Below are positions 1-10,816 of a DNA stretch of 64,000 nt, one piece after another. How positions within the stretch are numbered: position 1 is the stretch's first letter; every line of letters begins with the position of its first letter. The stretch lies in contig NC_086109.1 in assembly GCF_963921235.1 (NCBI RefSeq), positions 12,276,001 through 12,340,000 of the forward strand. The letters are read 5' to 3'. The notes under the pieces are model-generated. The model had not been told where the DNA came from. It made no database searches and saw nothing but the letters and a program-made list of their open reading frames with translations. This stretch comes from Mobula hypostoma. Lineage: Eukaryota. A program made the position numbers and the translations under genes.

Positions 1-175
1 CTTCCACACTGCTCATTTTGCCCATTTGTATTTACTAACGATGTGCATTGGTGACCCCACATGAAGCACAAATACTTTGTGTGTGAACGGTACACTGGTG
101 CATAGTGACAGTTGATTGTGACTGCTCTTCCCACAAATCCTCTTACTTTATCTTCTGCCTGTAAAGCACATAAAA
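1..175 (-). CDS. CD300/pIgR-like Ig V-set exon (V1), 5' part only, truncated by the window edge
   Basis: Acceptor ccatttccctcag at 176-188, phase 1. Reads VLCALQAEDKVRGFVGRAVTINCHYAPVYRSHTKYLCFMWGHQCTSLVNTNGQNEQCGR with no stop. B-strand Cys and the C-C' Cys pair are present. Clear paralog of 3520-3834. The canonical Trp is Leu (KYLC). Confidence 0.85.
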
Positions 176-569
176 CTGAGGGAAATGGACAGGTGAAATC
201 AAATTTACACAAGTAGATTCAAGATGCTATGTTGTTTAATGTCATTTCCTGTACAAACGTGTAAAGAAGAATGAAATTTTTGTTACTCTGGTCCCTTGCA
301 GCACAAAAATAAACACGAAAGATAAGGAACACAAAAATAATAAAAAGGACATTTTATTTAAATATGTCGCTGTGTTCTATGGAATCTGCCAGACTGTCAA
401 ATGGTGTAATTGAATTCCACATTGACTGAGAAGACAACAGAATTGTCCCTCATCACTTGCTCCCAGCTCTTCAGAAGTAATGATTTTTATTTGATTGGAG
501 TCATCATTGTCACTGCCCACTAATGTCCCAGTGTGATTCCACAATTCTGAGTCAATAGATTACTGATCC

Positions 570-1105
570 AGTCCCATTCCAGGCAGGTGAGCATAAGATC
601 AGTGGTGGGTAAATTACAGGCGGTGATTATATAGGACAGGATCTACTTGAATTTGCAAAGGCACGATCTGATTTTGGATAGTTAACATAATTTTGTGCAT
701 GGGAAATCATTGAAAAAAATATAATTGAGAATTTTGAAGCAATGATCAAAGGGTCTGATGAGGACAGGGCAATAGAGTTTAGCACAGCCTTTGACAAGGT
801 CTTGCATAGTAGACTGATCTATAATGTGGGATTACATGGTAAACGACTGTAGCTGGATGGATACTGAATAGGCTTAGTGGAAGGAGTCAGATTGTGGTAA
901 TGGGGTGTTGGTTTTATGACAACATCAAACTTTATCACCAGTGAGAGTACCATCAGGATCAGTGTTGTTATCCGTTAACCACTGTTATTTGTCATCAATA
1001 ATAATAATTTGTAATGATAATGTAGGTGACACCATTGGTTGTTGATGACACTGCAATGTGATGGACAGTGGAAAGTGTTGTCCAAGTCTACAACGAGATC
1101 TGGAA
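570..1105 (+). mobile_element. Old CR1 LINE RT fragment (degenerate)
   Basis: Remnants of the AFDKV..RL region (gcctttgacaagg) and downstream RT motifs, with many stops. Confidence 0.65.
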
Positions 1106-1397
1106 AACAAACCAGTGTTCAGCCCCATTTCTCTCTGCCAGCACGATTCCCCCACCTGAGCCCAACTCGTCTGCCTGTATTTGACCCGCCTCCCTCTCTT
1201 CTCAGTACTACCATCGAGAGGGAGGAGCAGGATCCGGGGTCCTATGCCAGGACCAGTGTCACTCTCCTCTGCACTGAACTGACACCGCAGCTGTGGACTC
1301 ACTTTCGCGGACTCTGCGTCTCATGTTCCATGTATTGTTTGTTTATATATTTTTATTACTTGAATGATTCATCCTCCTTTGCACATTAAATGTTTGT

Positions 1398-2430
1398 CAG
1401 ATTGGAGGACGGTGTGTAGCGGTGTGCCTCAGGGATCTGTACTGGGTCCAATGTTGTTTGTCATATATATTAATGATCTGGATGATGGGGTGGTAAATTG
1501 GATTAGTAAGTATACAGATGTTACTAAGATAGGTGGAGTTGTGGATAATGAAGTAGGTTTTCAATGCTTGCAGAGAGATTTAGGCCAGTTAGAAGAGTGG
1601 GCTGAAAGATGGCAGATGGAGTTTAATGCTGATAAATGTGATGTGCTATATTTTGGTACAACTTATCAAAATAGGACGTACATGGTAAATGGTAGGGCAT
1701 TGAAGAATGCAGTAGAACAGAGGGAGCTAGGATTAATAGTGCATAGTTCCCTGAAGGTGGAATCTCACGTAGATAGGGTGGTGAAGAAAGCTTTTGGTAT
1801 GCTGGCCTTTATAAATCAGAGCATTGAGTATAGGAGTTGGGATGTAATGTTGAAATTGTATAAGGCATTAGTAAGGCCAAATTTGGAGTATTGTGCACAG
1901 TTCTGGTCACCGAATTATAGGAAAGATGTCAATAAAATTGAGAGAGTACAGAGAAGATTTACTAGAATGTTACCTGGATTTCATCTCCTAAGTTACAGAG
2001 AAAGGTTGAACAAGTTTGGTCTTTATTCTTTGGAGTGTAAAAGGTTGAGGTAGGAATTGATAGAGGTGTTTAAAATTATGAGGGGGGATAGATAGCGTTG
2101 ACGTGGATAGGCTTTTTCTGTTGAGAGTGGGGGAGATTCAAACAAGAGGACATGAGTTGAGAGTTAAAGGGCAAAAGTTTAGGGGTAACATGAGGGGGAA
2201 CTTCTTTACTCAGAGAGTGGTAGCTGTGTGGAACGAGCTTCCAGCAGAAGTGGTTGAGGCAGGTTCGATGTCATTTAAAGTTAAATTGGAAAGCTGTCTG
2301 GACAGGAAAGGAATGGAGAGTTATGGGCTGAGTGCAGTTCGGTGGGACTAGGTGAGAGTAAGAGTTCGGCACGGACTAGAAGGGCCAAGATGGCCTGTTT
2401 CCATGCTGTAATTTTTATATGGTTATATGG
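1398..2430 (+). mobile_element. 5'-truncated CR1 LINE (RT C-terminus and 3' UTR)
   Basis: ORF 1364-2053 has GVPQGSVLGP, YTDVTK (FADD-like) and RPNLEYCAQFWSP. ORF 2103-2351 continues it. (tatgg)n tail near 2415. Confidence 0.95.
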
Positions 2431-3095
2431 TATGGTTTGTCATGCATTCTATTTTGTTTCTTTGTTTTCTAGGCAACTGCAAAAAATGATTCTCTAGCTT
2501 GTTTTTAGTGCACATCTCTTGACAATAACTTTACTTTGAACTTTGAACTAGGAAAGTGGCCAAAGGAATGTCTGATGGAATTGAACTTTCCCGTTTCAGA
2601 GGTCTTGGAGGGGCAGTGTTTTCCACACAGAACAGTGTGTACATGGAAAAGGCTGCCAGAGGAAGTGCTCGAGGTGGGTACAAATACACTACCTAAAATT
2701 CATTTGGACAAGTTCATTTACAGGAAAGCTTTAGAAGGATATGGGCCAAATGTAGGGAAATGGGAGAAGCTCAGGAAGACATTGTGGATTTGGGCCAAAG
2801 CCCCTGTTTCCATAACCTGTAACTCTGTGACTCTGCTGCATCCTCTCAGAACTGGACCACACTTTTGAAAGGTTAAATTCAGAATTCTATGCCATTGCAT
2901 TGGTGTGACCTTTCAAACTTCAAAGTTCAAAGTACATTTAATACATAGATACATAGTATTTATACTATGTACAGCCTTAAGATTTGTCCCCTCACAGACA
3001 GCCACAAAACCATGAAACCAAATAGAATACATGAAAAATAAACTGCCAAAAACACAATGTGCAGAAAAAGAACTCATGCAAACCATAAAAGTAAG

Positions 3096-3148
3096 CTCAA
3101 TGGCCACTTTATTAGGTATAGGAGGTTCCTAATGAAGTGGCCATTGAG
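3096..3148. mobile_element. 53-bp Tc1/mariner-derived hairpin MITE
   Basis: Terminal inverted repeats ctcaatggccactttattagg / cctaatgaagtggccattgag. The same TIR type begins the Tc1 fragment near 63070. Confidence 0.7.
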
Positions 3149-3519
3149 TGTTTAGAGACACAACTTGTGAGATACCCATCATGTGTTTGGAGGCTTTCAG
3201 GAGAAAATGAAATTGTGACTGGGTTCAGTGACCTGCCATGGACAGGGAAACATGTGTCACTGATATTAATGCAGAAATAGTGAGGGATGGACAGGCTCTG
3301 GATAAAGACCTTGTAATCTGTGCAGAGGCTGAGAAGGAGGTGGAGGAGATTGTTGTTCTTCAAACACATCCACAGGCAGTTCTCCATTCTACAAGCTTAA
3401 CCCTAGGATCTGCACATCGTCACTCCCCAGGACATCTAATGCACTGACCCTTCCCAGGGGAAACATGGATGAGACATTTGCTTTCTGGAAGGCAGAAAGT
3501 CAATCACTGAGTAACCTAC

Positions 3520-3834
3520 CATCAGATACTTGTAGATGTACATGAAACATTGGATCGAGACCTGGTGTTGTAATTCCACAGCTGTACCATCCTGTATCTC
3601 CAGAGCGAAGATTCTCCATAGTAACAGTAAATATTCTCTGTTTCAAATTATCTGTGATTGACACTCGTCCACTCCGTCCGTGTTGCCCATTTGTTTCCAC
3701 TAAAACTGAACAGTGACGAGTCCATCCATGGCACCAATACTTTGTGTATGAGCGGTACGTTGCTCCATAGCGACAATCGATTGTGATCGCTCTTCCCACA
3801 ACTCCTCTTACATATTTCTCTGCCCAAAATGCAC
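3520..3834 (-). CDS. CD300/pIgR (CMRF35-like) Ig V-set exon (V2), intact, 315 nt, phase 1-1
   Basis: Acceptor tttcag at 3835-3840 and donor G|gtagg at 3519. Reads (G)AFWAEKYVRGVVGRAITIDCRYGATYRSYTKYWCHGWTRHCSVLVETNGQHGRSGRVSITDNLKQRIFTVTMENLRSGDTGWYSCGITTPGLDPMFHVHLQVSD. Contains IDC, KYWC, the extra C-C' Cys and DTGWYSC. Confidence 0.95.
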
Positions 3835-4034
3835 CTGAAAGTGAAGCAGGCATTTTCAGATTTGAGAGGAAAGGAACAACTTCGGCAAACAGATATCTTT
3901 AAACATTACTGTAAAAATATGAACAGGTCACATCTCACACATGTTTTCCATGTTGCCACAGCCAATGATTTTGGTCTGAGGTGCAGTCAGTGCTGTTACT
4001 GTGTCAGCTGTGTCAGTGCTCTCTCCCCTGTGTC

Positions 4035-4120
4035 AGTACATTGTGGGTTCACTTCCCTCTCCAGAGTCCTGAGCAGAAACCCAGGGCTGATCTTCCAGTG
4101 CAGTACTGAGGGAGAGGCGC
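4035..4120 (+). mobile_element. tRNA-derived SINE fragment
   Basis: Box-B-like gggttcacttccc followed by ccagag...ccagtgcagtactgagggag. The match to a shark/ray SINE family is recalled, not searched. Confidence 0.4.
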
Positions 4121-4660
4121 AATTTTGAGTTTTCAGTTAACACAGATCATGTCAGTCTTTCAAATGTACACAAAGATACCAGTTCGTTTATTTGGGATAG
4201 ATAGAGCTGCTGTACATAGAGATTTGTGTGCATATGTTTCTTGTACTCCAGGTTTGAGTCGGGGGTTGGTAGGATCATTTGAGGTTATGTTTCAATTCTC
4301 TCCATGATGGCAATGACCTGACTTCCTCCTCACTTACAGACAAGTTTATAAACTGCAGAAAGAAACCCCTCATGATGTCTGAAACTGTGCCCTCTGGTTC
4401 TGATGGAAATTTTATATTTTGTACCTGACCAGTATTTCTCTGTGTAGTTAGAAAGTGGTGCAACAGTAGTCGTTATCACTTTAGTATCTAGAAATCCAGG
4501 TGTGATGTCAATTTCTGTTGGGATACATTGAGAGTTTAAATCTAATTAATTATTTCTGGAATTAAAAACCACATGTCAATAATAATGAGCAACTACCAGG
4601 CTGTCAAAATCCCAACAAGATCAGAAAGGCCTTTAGGGACAGACCTCTCAAGTCAAGTCA

Positions 4661-5220
4661 AGTCGCTTTTTATTGTCATTTCGACCACAAATTGTTGGTA
4701 CACAGCAAAAACGAAACAACGTTTCTCCAGGACCATGATGCTACATGTAACAACACGAAAACTACACTGGTCTACAGACCTACACAGGACTACATAAAGT
4801 GCACAAAGCAGTGCAGGGCAGTACAATAAATAATAAACAAGGCTATAGGCACAGTAGAGGACAAATTACAATGTAATAATAAATGATGTAGATGTCAGTC
4901 TAGACTCTGGGTACTAAGGAGTCGATGGCTTGGGGGAAGAAACTGTTGCACAGTCTGGTCGTGAAAGCCCGAATGCTTTGGTACCTTTTGCCAGGTGTCA
5001 GGAGGGAGAAAAGTTTGTATGAGGGGTGTGTGGGGTCCTTCGCAATGCTGTTGGCTTTATGGGTGCGGCGTGTGGTGTAAATGTCTGTAATGGCGGGAAG
5101 AGAGACCCTGATGATCTTCTCAGCTGACTTCACTATCCGCTGCAGGGTCTTGCGATCCGAGATGGTGCAATTCCCGAACCAGGCAGCGATGCAGCTGCTC
5201 AGGATGCTGTCGATACCTTG
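4661..5220 (-). mobile_element. Rex1/Babar-type LINE 3' fragment
   Basis: ORF 4900-5271 has SILSSCIAAWFGNC..LQRIVKSAEKII..RLCNSFFPQAI. (cttga)n tail at about 4665. Confidence 0.9.
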
Positions 5221-5329
5221 GACTGCACATCTAGTAATGTCCTTTACTAATTGCCCCACTAAAATGGCCAAGGAAAGACACTGATAACAAGAGACTAATG
5301 TTGTTTGTCATAGTGATGCCTACAGAGTA

Positions 5330-5745
5330 AGATCAGATTCCGGCAATGGTAGACCTGATGTTTCCACTTAACAGCCTCCAGGACTTTTCTCCACCTGGGC
5401 ATATTCTCCCCCCAGGTGGCTCCACACTATTCACCTTTTCTCCTTGTCTGCTTCCACCTTTCACCCATCTCCAAACTCCCCCCCACTTTTCCTCCCCATT
5501 CCATTTGCCTGTCCAGCTTCTCCCCTCCTCAGTCCCTGACTACCTAGTGGATCCAGTCTCACACCTCCCCGTCTCCTATTTACACTAGCTCCCTGTCCAC
5601 TCACACTCGATGCAAGGTCTTGCCCCAAACCATTTACATTTTCCCTCCCCCGACAAATGCTGGTTGACCCACTGAGTTCCTCCGAGATTGAACTCTGAAC
5701 TCCAGTTTCTGACATCTTTCGTATCTGCAGATATTCAAGTACTGT
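5330..5745 (+). mobile_element. Degenerate Penelope-like element 3' fragment
   Basis: Pyrimidine-rich tract and tgctggttgacccactgagttcctcc end, similar to the 3' end of the PLE at 51232-52325. Confidence 0.5.
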
Positions 5746-5814
5746 TCTGAAAACGGTGTACAACCCCTAAACCAACACTGATTATGCAAAGGTCCAGCAC
5801 AATTTGTCACTTAC

Positions 5815-5851
5815 CAGGTAGGAAAACAATCAGAAGAATTGAAGCCCACAT
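5815..5851 (-). CDS. Signal-peptide (leader) exon of the CD300/pIgR-like gene
   Basis: ATG TGG GCT TCA ATT CTT CTG ATT GTT TTC CTA CCT G|gtaagt = MWASILLIVFLP. Perfect phase-1 donor, joins V2 in frame across a 1980-nt GT-AG intron. Confidence 0.92.
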
Positions 5852-5910
5852 TGTTTTGTTCGCAGAGACCCAGCCAGGACCTGTCTGTCCTCAGCAAGAA
5901 TTAACTGTGA

Positions 5911-5941
5911 AATAAAAATGAGGAAGAAGGCAGCAGGAAGT
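5911..5941 (-). promoter_or_regulatory. Two ETS/PU.1-type motifs upstream of the leader ATG
   Basis: aaaaatGAGGAAga (GAGGAA at 5920-5925) and CAGGAAGT (5934-5941), 70-90 bp upstream of the ATG. No TATA box seen. Function is inferred. Confidence 0.45.
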
Positions 5942-6859
5942 TTGATCAAAAAGCAAGGGTGACATAACCGGTGCGTGGTACGTGACAATCTGGAAAGCAT
6001 TTAGGTATATTTAGCAAGACAGAAATACTTAAACAATTCCTAAAGACTGAATGAAATGGTGAAAAGAGTTGAAATATTGGACACAAGCAACAGCAGATGT
6101 TCTAATCTGAAAGAACAGTAAATGGCTGGAGGTGTCCTGAAACAGGGGATTAATCTGAAATGCTGACCACTCTACCTCCACAAATCCCACATGACTCCCG
6201 AAGTTCCTCCGGAAGTTTTAGTTTTTGCTTGACTTAAAATATACTCACTGGAGCTTAGCAGAATGAGGTGGGATCTTATTGAACCCGACTGAATATTGAA
6301 AGGCCTCGAGTGAGTGCATGTGAAGAGGATGTTTCCTACAGTAAGTGAGTCTGCAACCAGACGGCACAGCCTCAGGGTACATGAACTTTCCTATAGAATA
6401 GAAGTGAGGAAGAATTTCTTTAAACATAGGGTGGTGAATCTGTGGAATTCACTGCCACAGAGGCTGTGAAGGCCAAGTCATTGGGTATACTTAAAGTGAG
6501 GTTGATAGGTTCTTGATTCGTAAAGGCATCAAAGGTTACGGGGGAAGGCAGGAGAATGGGGTCGAGAAGGTCCAATTCTGCTCCAATGCCTTTTGGGTCT
6601 TATGGTCTTCTAATACAGGCACCAGTCTGGTGAATCTCTTCTGTAACATGAATTCTTAAATGCTCACTGATCATACAGTGTCAGGCGCTCTCTTTAACAC
6701 CTACTTTACCATGTCCCACTGTTCTGAATCTCAGGGAGTTATGGACTTGCACCCACGATTTGTACATCGTTCTGGACTTGCCTTGATAATTCAATCAAAC
6801 ACGACACACGAGGAAGACTTGACATGAGTCCTGATGAAGTAACTCAGCCTGAAAGGTCA

Positions 6860-8073
6860 GTTGTTTACTCTTTTCTATAGACTCTGCCTGGTTGGTTGAG
6901 ATCCACCAGCTTTTTCCCTGTGTTGCCATAATTTTTGGGAATTTGCTGCTGAGGAGGGAGCAAAGTGGGAAATGGGTGTGATGTAGAAGGGGCTTTTCAT
7001 GCAAACTCAACATTCATACTTGACTTCATCTCTCTCCTCTTTGAACCTTGAAAGCTCTTCTCTTCTGAACTCTATTCTATCTGTCAGTGTAATATCGAGA
7101 CCTCTGATGGAATTTCACTTTGCTTCAGTTAGATGTGATGGGAATCCTTCAGAATGGAGTTGCACAATCACAATGGGGTAAAATCCACATCTGATCCATT
7201 CTTAAAGCAAATGAAATCCATTTGACAGTAAATGATCTGTGTGAGTAGCCAACCCCTGTAGTTTCTATTTCCCACAGAATAATAGATCACAGTAAATGGA
7301 TAGTTCACACTTGACAAAGGAGAGAACATTTCTATCTTTCCTATCTCACTCCCATGGTCTCCCTGATCCCTGAAACTGCATACCTTTGCTCACCTTCTCA
7401 TTAGCTAGCTTCCCAATATCTCTGTCCACCGGGTTAGATCTTTCAATGTTACTCAAAGTGTGATCTATCCAGATTCATGCTGTGCGATTCCCTGGGGTAG
7501 ATGAAGTCTGAGTAGAGTTTCAGTATTAGGGATAACAATTCTGACATGTCACACATATTGGAGAAGCAATTCAGAAGTAATTCAGAATCAGATCTATGAA
7601 ACCTTGACTATCTTCTTCATTTCCTTAGATGCTGCCAGACCTGCTGATTTTCTCCAGCAGTTTCTGTGTGTTGCTTTTGATTTCATTGTAGTGTGAGCAT
7701 TGAAGTGATCCAAGAAGGTGGATGATTTATATTTACCTGAACTTTAGTTGCTGACTCTGCTTTTGTTTGTAAACACTTAATTTGACTTTGAATAAAATAG
7801 ATAAATGATAAAATAATTCAGTATATATGGAGAGCTTCGGTTACATTTGTTTTCGGGGAGAACAGTGCAGTATATTAGCCGTGAATGTATATCTTCTTAA
7901 ACTCTGTACATGTACAGTATGAGTGCTGACTCTATTGTATTAGTCACTGCTGCCATCTGTGTAATGTTCACCCTAAGCAAAGGATGCGGTTAGAACTTCT
8001 GTCTTCTTTATTTGCTTTACCAAAAAGAATATAGAGAAGTATGAATGGATGTTACACATTGAGAGATCATTCC
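6860..8073. repeat. Low-copy segmental duplicon; paralog at 38020-42471 interrupted by later insertions
   Basis: Collinear similarity, e.g. ttttctataga(c/t)tctgcctgg, gttagatgtga, ttcccacagaataataga, gatctatccagat, gagagatc(a/g)ttcc. Confidence 0.9.
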
Positions 8074-8496
8074 AGTCTCTACGTTGAGATATGTCCCATG
8101 TGAGGAGCAGGAGACATTGAAGTGGGTTGATAGTTCACAGACATTTATGTGAACAGAGATAGAGGGAAAAACAATAATTGCTAAGCCAAACAGGGTTGTT
8201 AACTAAAAACACACAAATGAGAAAGAAAGACAACACTGTGCTGAAAGGAATAACTGAATGTAAAACGTATACTGCTTGTCTTCAGAGTCAGTTGACTCGA
8301 TAGTCCAATTTCTCAGGCTAGGCCGAATGCAAGCAAGCAAAGAAAAGTTGCTGTGCTTTGCTCAAGTCTCAATAAGCACAACGATGAAAAGAATGGATTT
8401 AAATACCATCACAATTAAATAATAATGAAGTGACACATGCATATTCATGAGCACAACTGCCGTCTTTGCTGCGATGCCGAATCCGTGGTTGTGACA
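8074..8496 (-). mobile_element. Solo LTR (about 420 bp), same family as 30803-31222
   Basis: Reverse complement starts tgtcacaaccacggattcggc and matches the TSD-flanked copy. Degenerate TSD attcc/actct. Empty site visible in the paralog at about 14320. Confidence 0.85.
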
Positions 8497-9873
8497 ACTC
8501 TGGTCTCTTCCTGCATTGCTCGAACACGTCTTGGAAAGCTTCTCAACAACCATGGTTCAGTATACTGATGAGAACAAGTGCAGAGATACAAAGCATCTTC
8601 AGCAAAGCATTCTTGTTTCAGTAACTAGATCACTGAACAACAATAACAATTCGGTGAAGAAAATTGAATAGGAAATTGTGTTTAGTCCTAATCCCAATCC
8701 TCTGCACACCTGTAAATACAACGGTGGGATTGAAAAACATTTTCTATTCTGTTGTTGAGAAGTTATCCAAGAGCTGTAGCGTTCCAAGTTATTGGTCGGA
8801 CTGGACTTGGGATATGGTGAACAGTATTGAGTTCCTTCTCTTCGAAAGGATGTGCTGCAATAGGAGAGGATCCAGAGGAGATTCCTAAGAACAATCCCAG
8901 AAAGGGTTAATGTATCAGGAGTGTTTGATGGCTCTGGGCCTGTATTAGCTGAAGTTTAGAAGAATGGCAGGGAGGGGAGGGTTCTCATTAAAACCGCTGG
9001 AGTAGTAAAGGGCCAAGAACCCAGATGGAGTGTAGGGAGAAGATGTTTCCCATAATCGGGAAGTCACTGACAGGAGGTTGCTGATATGAGGAATTCATTG
9101 TCACAGACATTTGTGGAGGGTCGGGGGCAAGTCATTTGGTACATTGAAAGTGCAGGTTTATAGGTTTTTGATGAGAAAGGGCTTGTCAAAATTACAGGGA
9201 CAATAGGATTGAGGGGGATAATAAATCAGCCATTGTCAAATGAGGAACAGACTCATTGGGCTGAATAGCCTAATTCTCCCTCAATATCTTATGGTCTGAA
9301 GTGATTGGGCAATGCAGGGCGAGAGTGGAGCAGTTTGTTTACGTGAGGCATACTTTGGTACTTCCATTTATTCTGTTTTGTAAGACAAGTAAAGAGCACA
9401 GAAGTTCTTATGGTACCCTTTGAGAATTGCTTTGGGATTCCCTGGTACAGGGAAAGTTTCTCTTTCAGAATTAGAATCAGGTTTATTTTCACTGTCTTCT
9501 GATGTGAAATTTGTTGCTTTGTAGCGGAAAAAAACAAAGCAAGATCCTTCCCTCAGAACATTAACGAGCTCAGGTTCAACAGGCCGAGATTCACAAGTGG
9601 GATCACTGGTTCTGGAATTATCTGCAGCTAATCAACACCCATCAGATAACCCTGAGCTGAAGAGATCAAGAGCTCCAAACAGACTCTGGTGTTACTATTT
9701 CACATCCTCACATAGGAAGTGAAGGATATAATGTGATATTCCTCCTTGTGAATGGGGCATTTCAAAATTCAAAATTGAAATTAAATTTATTATCAAAATC
9801 TATATTTGTCGCCATATACAACCCTGATTTAAATTGCAAAAATGCCGTTCACTTTCTCTCATTTTCAAGACGC

Positions 9874-10093
9874 TTTATTGAACTTTCATGGGTCACAGTC
9901 ACAGATCAGTACTGAGAAAAGTTACACCTTCTATTTGCAGATTCACACCCGAATGACCGAAGCAAGCTGCAGTAATTTCCAGCTTACTCATTTTATTCAG
10001 CAGCCAACTTTTATTTCCAATACTCATTCTCCTTTAAGACCTTTGTACAGTGACTGGAAAATTTCATGCTTGTGTCTCTTTCTCACTCCATTT
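9874..10093 (-). pseudogene. Candidate terminal exon, copy 1 (cytoplasmic tail with SLYKGL, then 3' UTR and AATAAA)
   Basis: Acceptor cattttgtag. Phase-2 reading NGVRKRHKHEIFQSLYKGLKGE*. AATAAA at 9874-9879 on the minus strand. Confidence 0.4.
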
Positions 10094-10149
10094 CTACAAA
10101 ATGCATTGTGCTAGGACAGTAATCATGCACCTTATCAATGTTCAAAATG

Positions 10150-10615
10150 TACCTGGTACATTTATGATCAGCTACATTAATGTCACCATATCCTCCCCTG
10201 AAAGTCATTTCCTTGCAGACATTCACAGTGGGACAATGAAATACAACAGAATCAATGAAAAACAATACACAGATATGGATAAACAAACAATGTTTAAAAG
10301 AAGACAAACTGTGCAAATACAATAAATAAATAAATATATAACACCGAGAACATGAGTTGTAGAATCCTTGAAGGTGAGTCCAGAGGTTGTGTTCAGTGAT
10401 CATTTCAGTGTTGGGGTGACTGAATTTATCCACCCTAGTTCTGGAGCCTGATGATCCTGAACCTATTGGCACGGGACCTGAGCATCCTGTACCTCCTTCC
10501 CATTGGCAGCACTGACAGGAGAGCATGTTTGGATGATGTGGGTCCTCGATGATGGATTCTGCTCTCTTGTGGCAGGACTCCTTGTGCTCACTGGTGGGCA
10601 GGGCTTTGCCTATCA
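10150..10615 (-). mobile_element. Rex1/L2-type LINE 3' remnant shared by the duplication units
   Basis: ORF 10083-10616 has KRAESIIEDPHHP. Equivalent remnants at about 16370, 22650, 42710, 44510 and 46090. Confidence 0.75.
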
Positions 10616-10755
10616 TTTGATCAGATCAGTCTTATCCAAACTCCATACAGACCATCCCTGAGTAAAGAATAGGTCTGTTTTTGCAGATACCTATAAGTCA
10701 ATTTTGCCCATAAATCAGCAAAAACAATGAATATTACTCTATATGTTATTCATAC

Positions 10756-10816
10756 CCTACATGGTATTATAATGAAAGGCATCAACTGCATATAAAACTG
10801 AGATGAAAGAGTAATT
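10756..10816 (-). pseudogene. Candidate 60/61-nt internal exon (copies at 17856-17915 and 23509-23568)
   Basis: Strong polypyrimidine acceptor (ctctccacttttcag) and gtatg donor. The 17856 copy is open in phase 0 (NNSFVPVLNVLDAYHYNTVK). This copy has a stop or extra base, and the 23509 copy has acceptor AG>AA. Confidence 0.3.

Noticed and set aside
8599-8712. Minus-strand frame VCRGLGLGLNTISYSIFFTELLLLFSDL after a tttacag acceptor, resembling MS4A TM3
   Set aside because: Paralogs at 14.5 and 15.9 kb differ by frame-breaking indels, and no other MS4A exons (TM1, or GYPFWG TM2) were found.
9842-10114. Plus-strand 90-100-aa ORFs (also 16104-16406) containing a YSDWK motif resembling WSXWS
   Set aside because: Other copies have stops or frameshifts, substitutions are mostly non-synonymous, and FN3 spacing is wrong. 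Better explained as the antisense of the candidate terminal exon.
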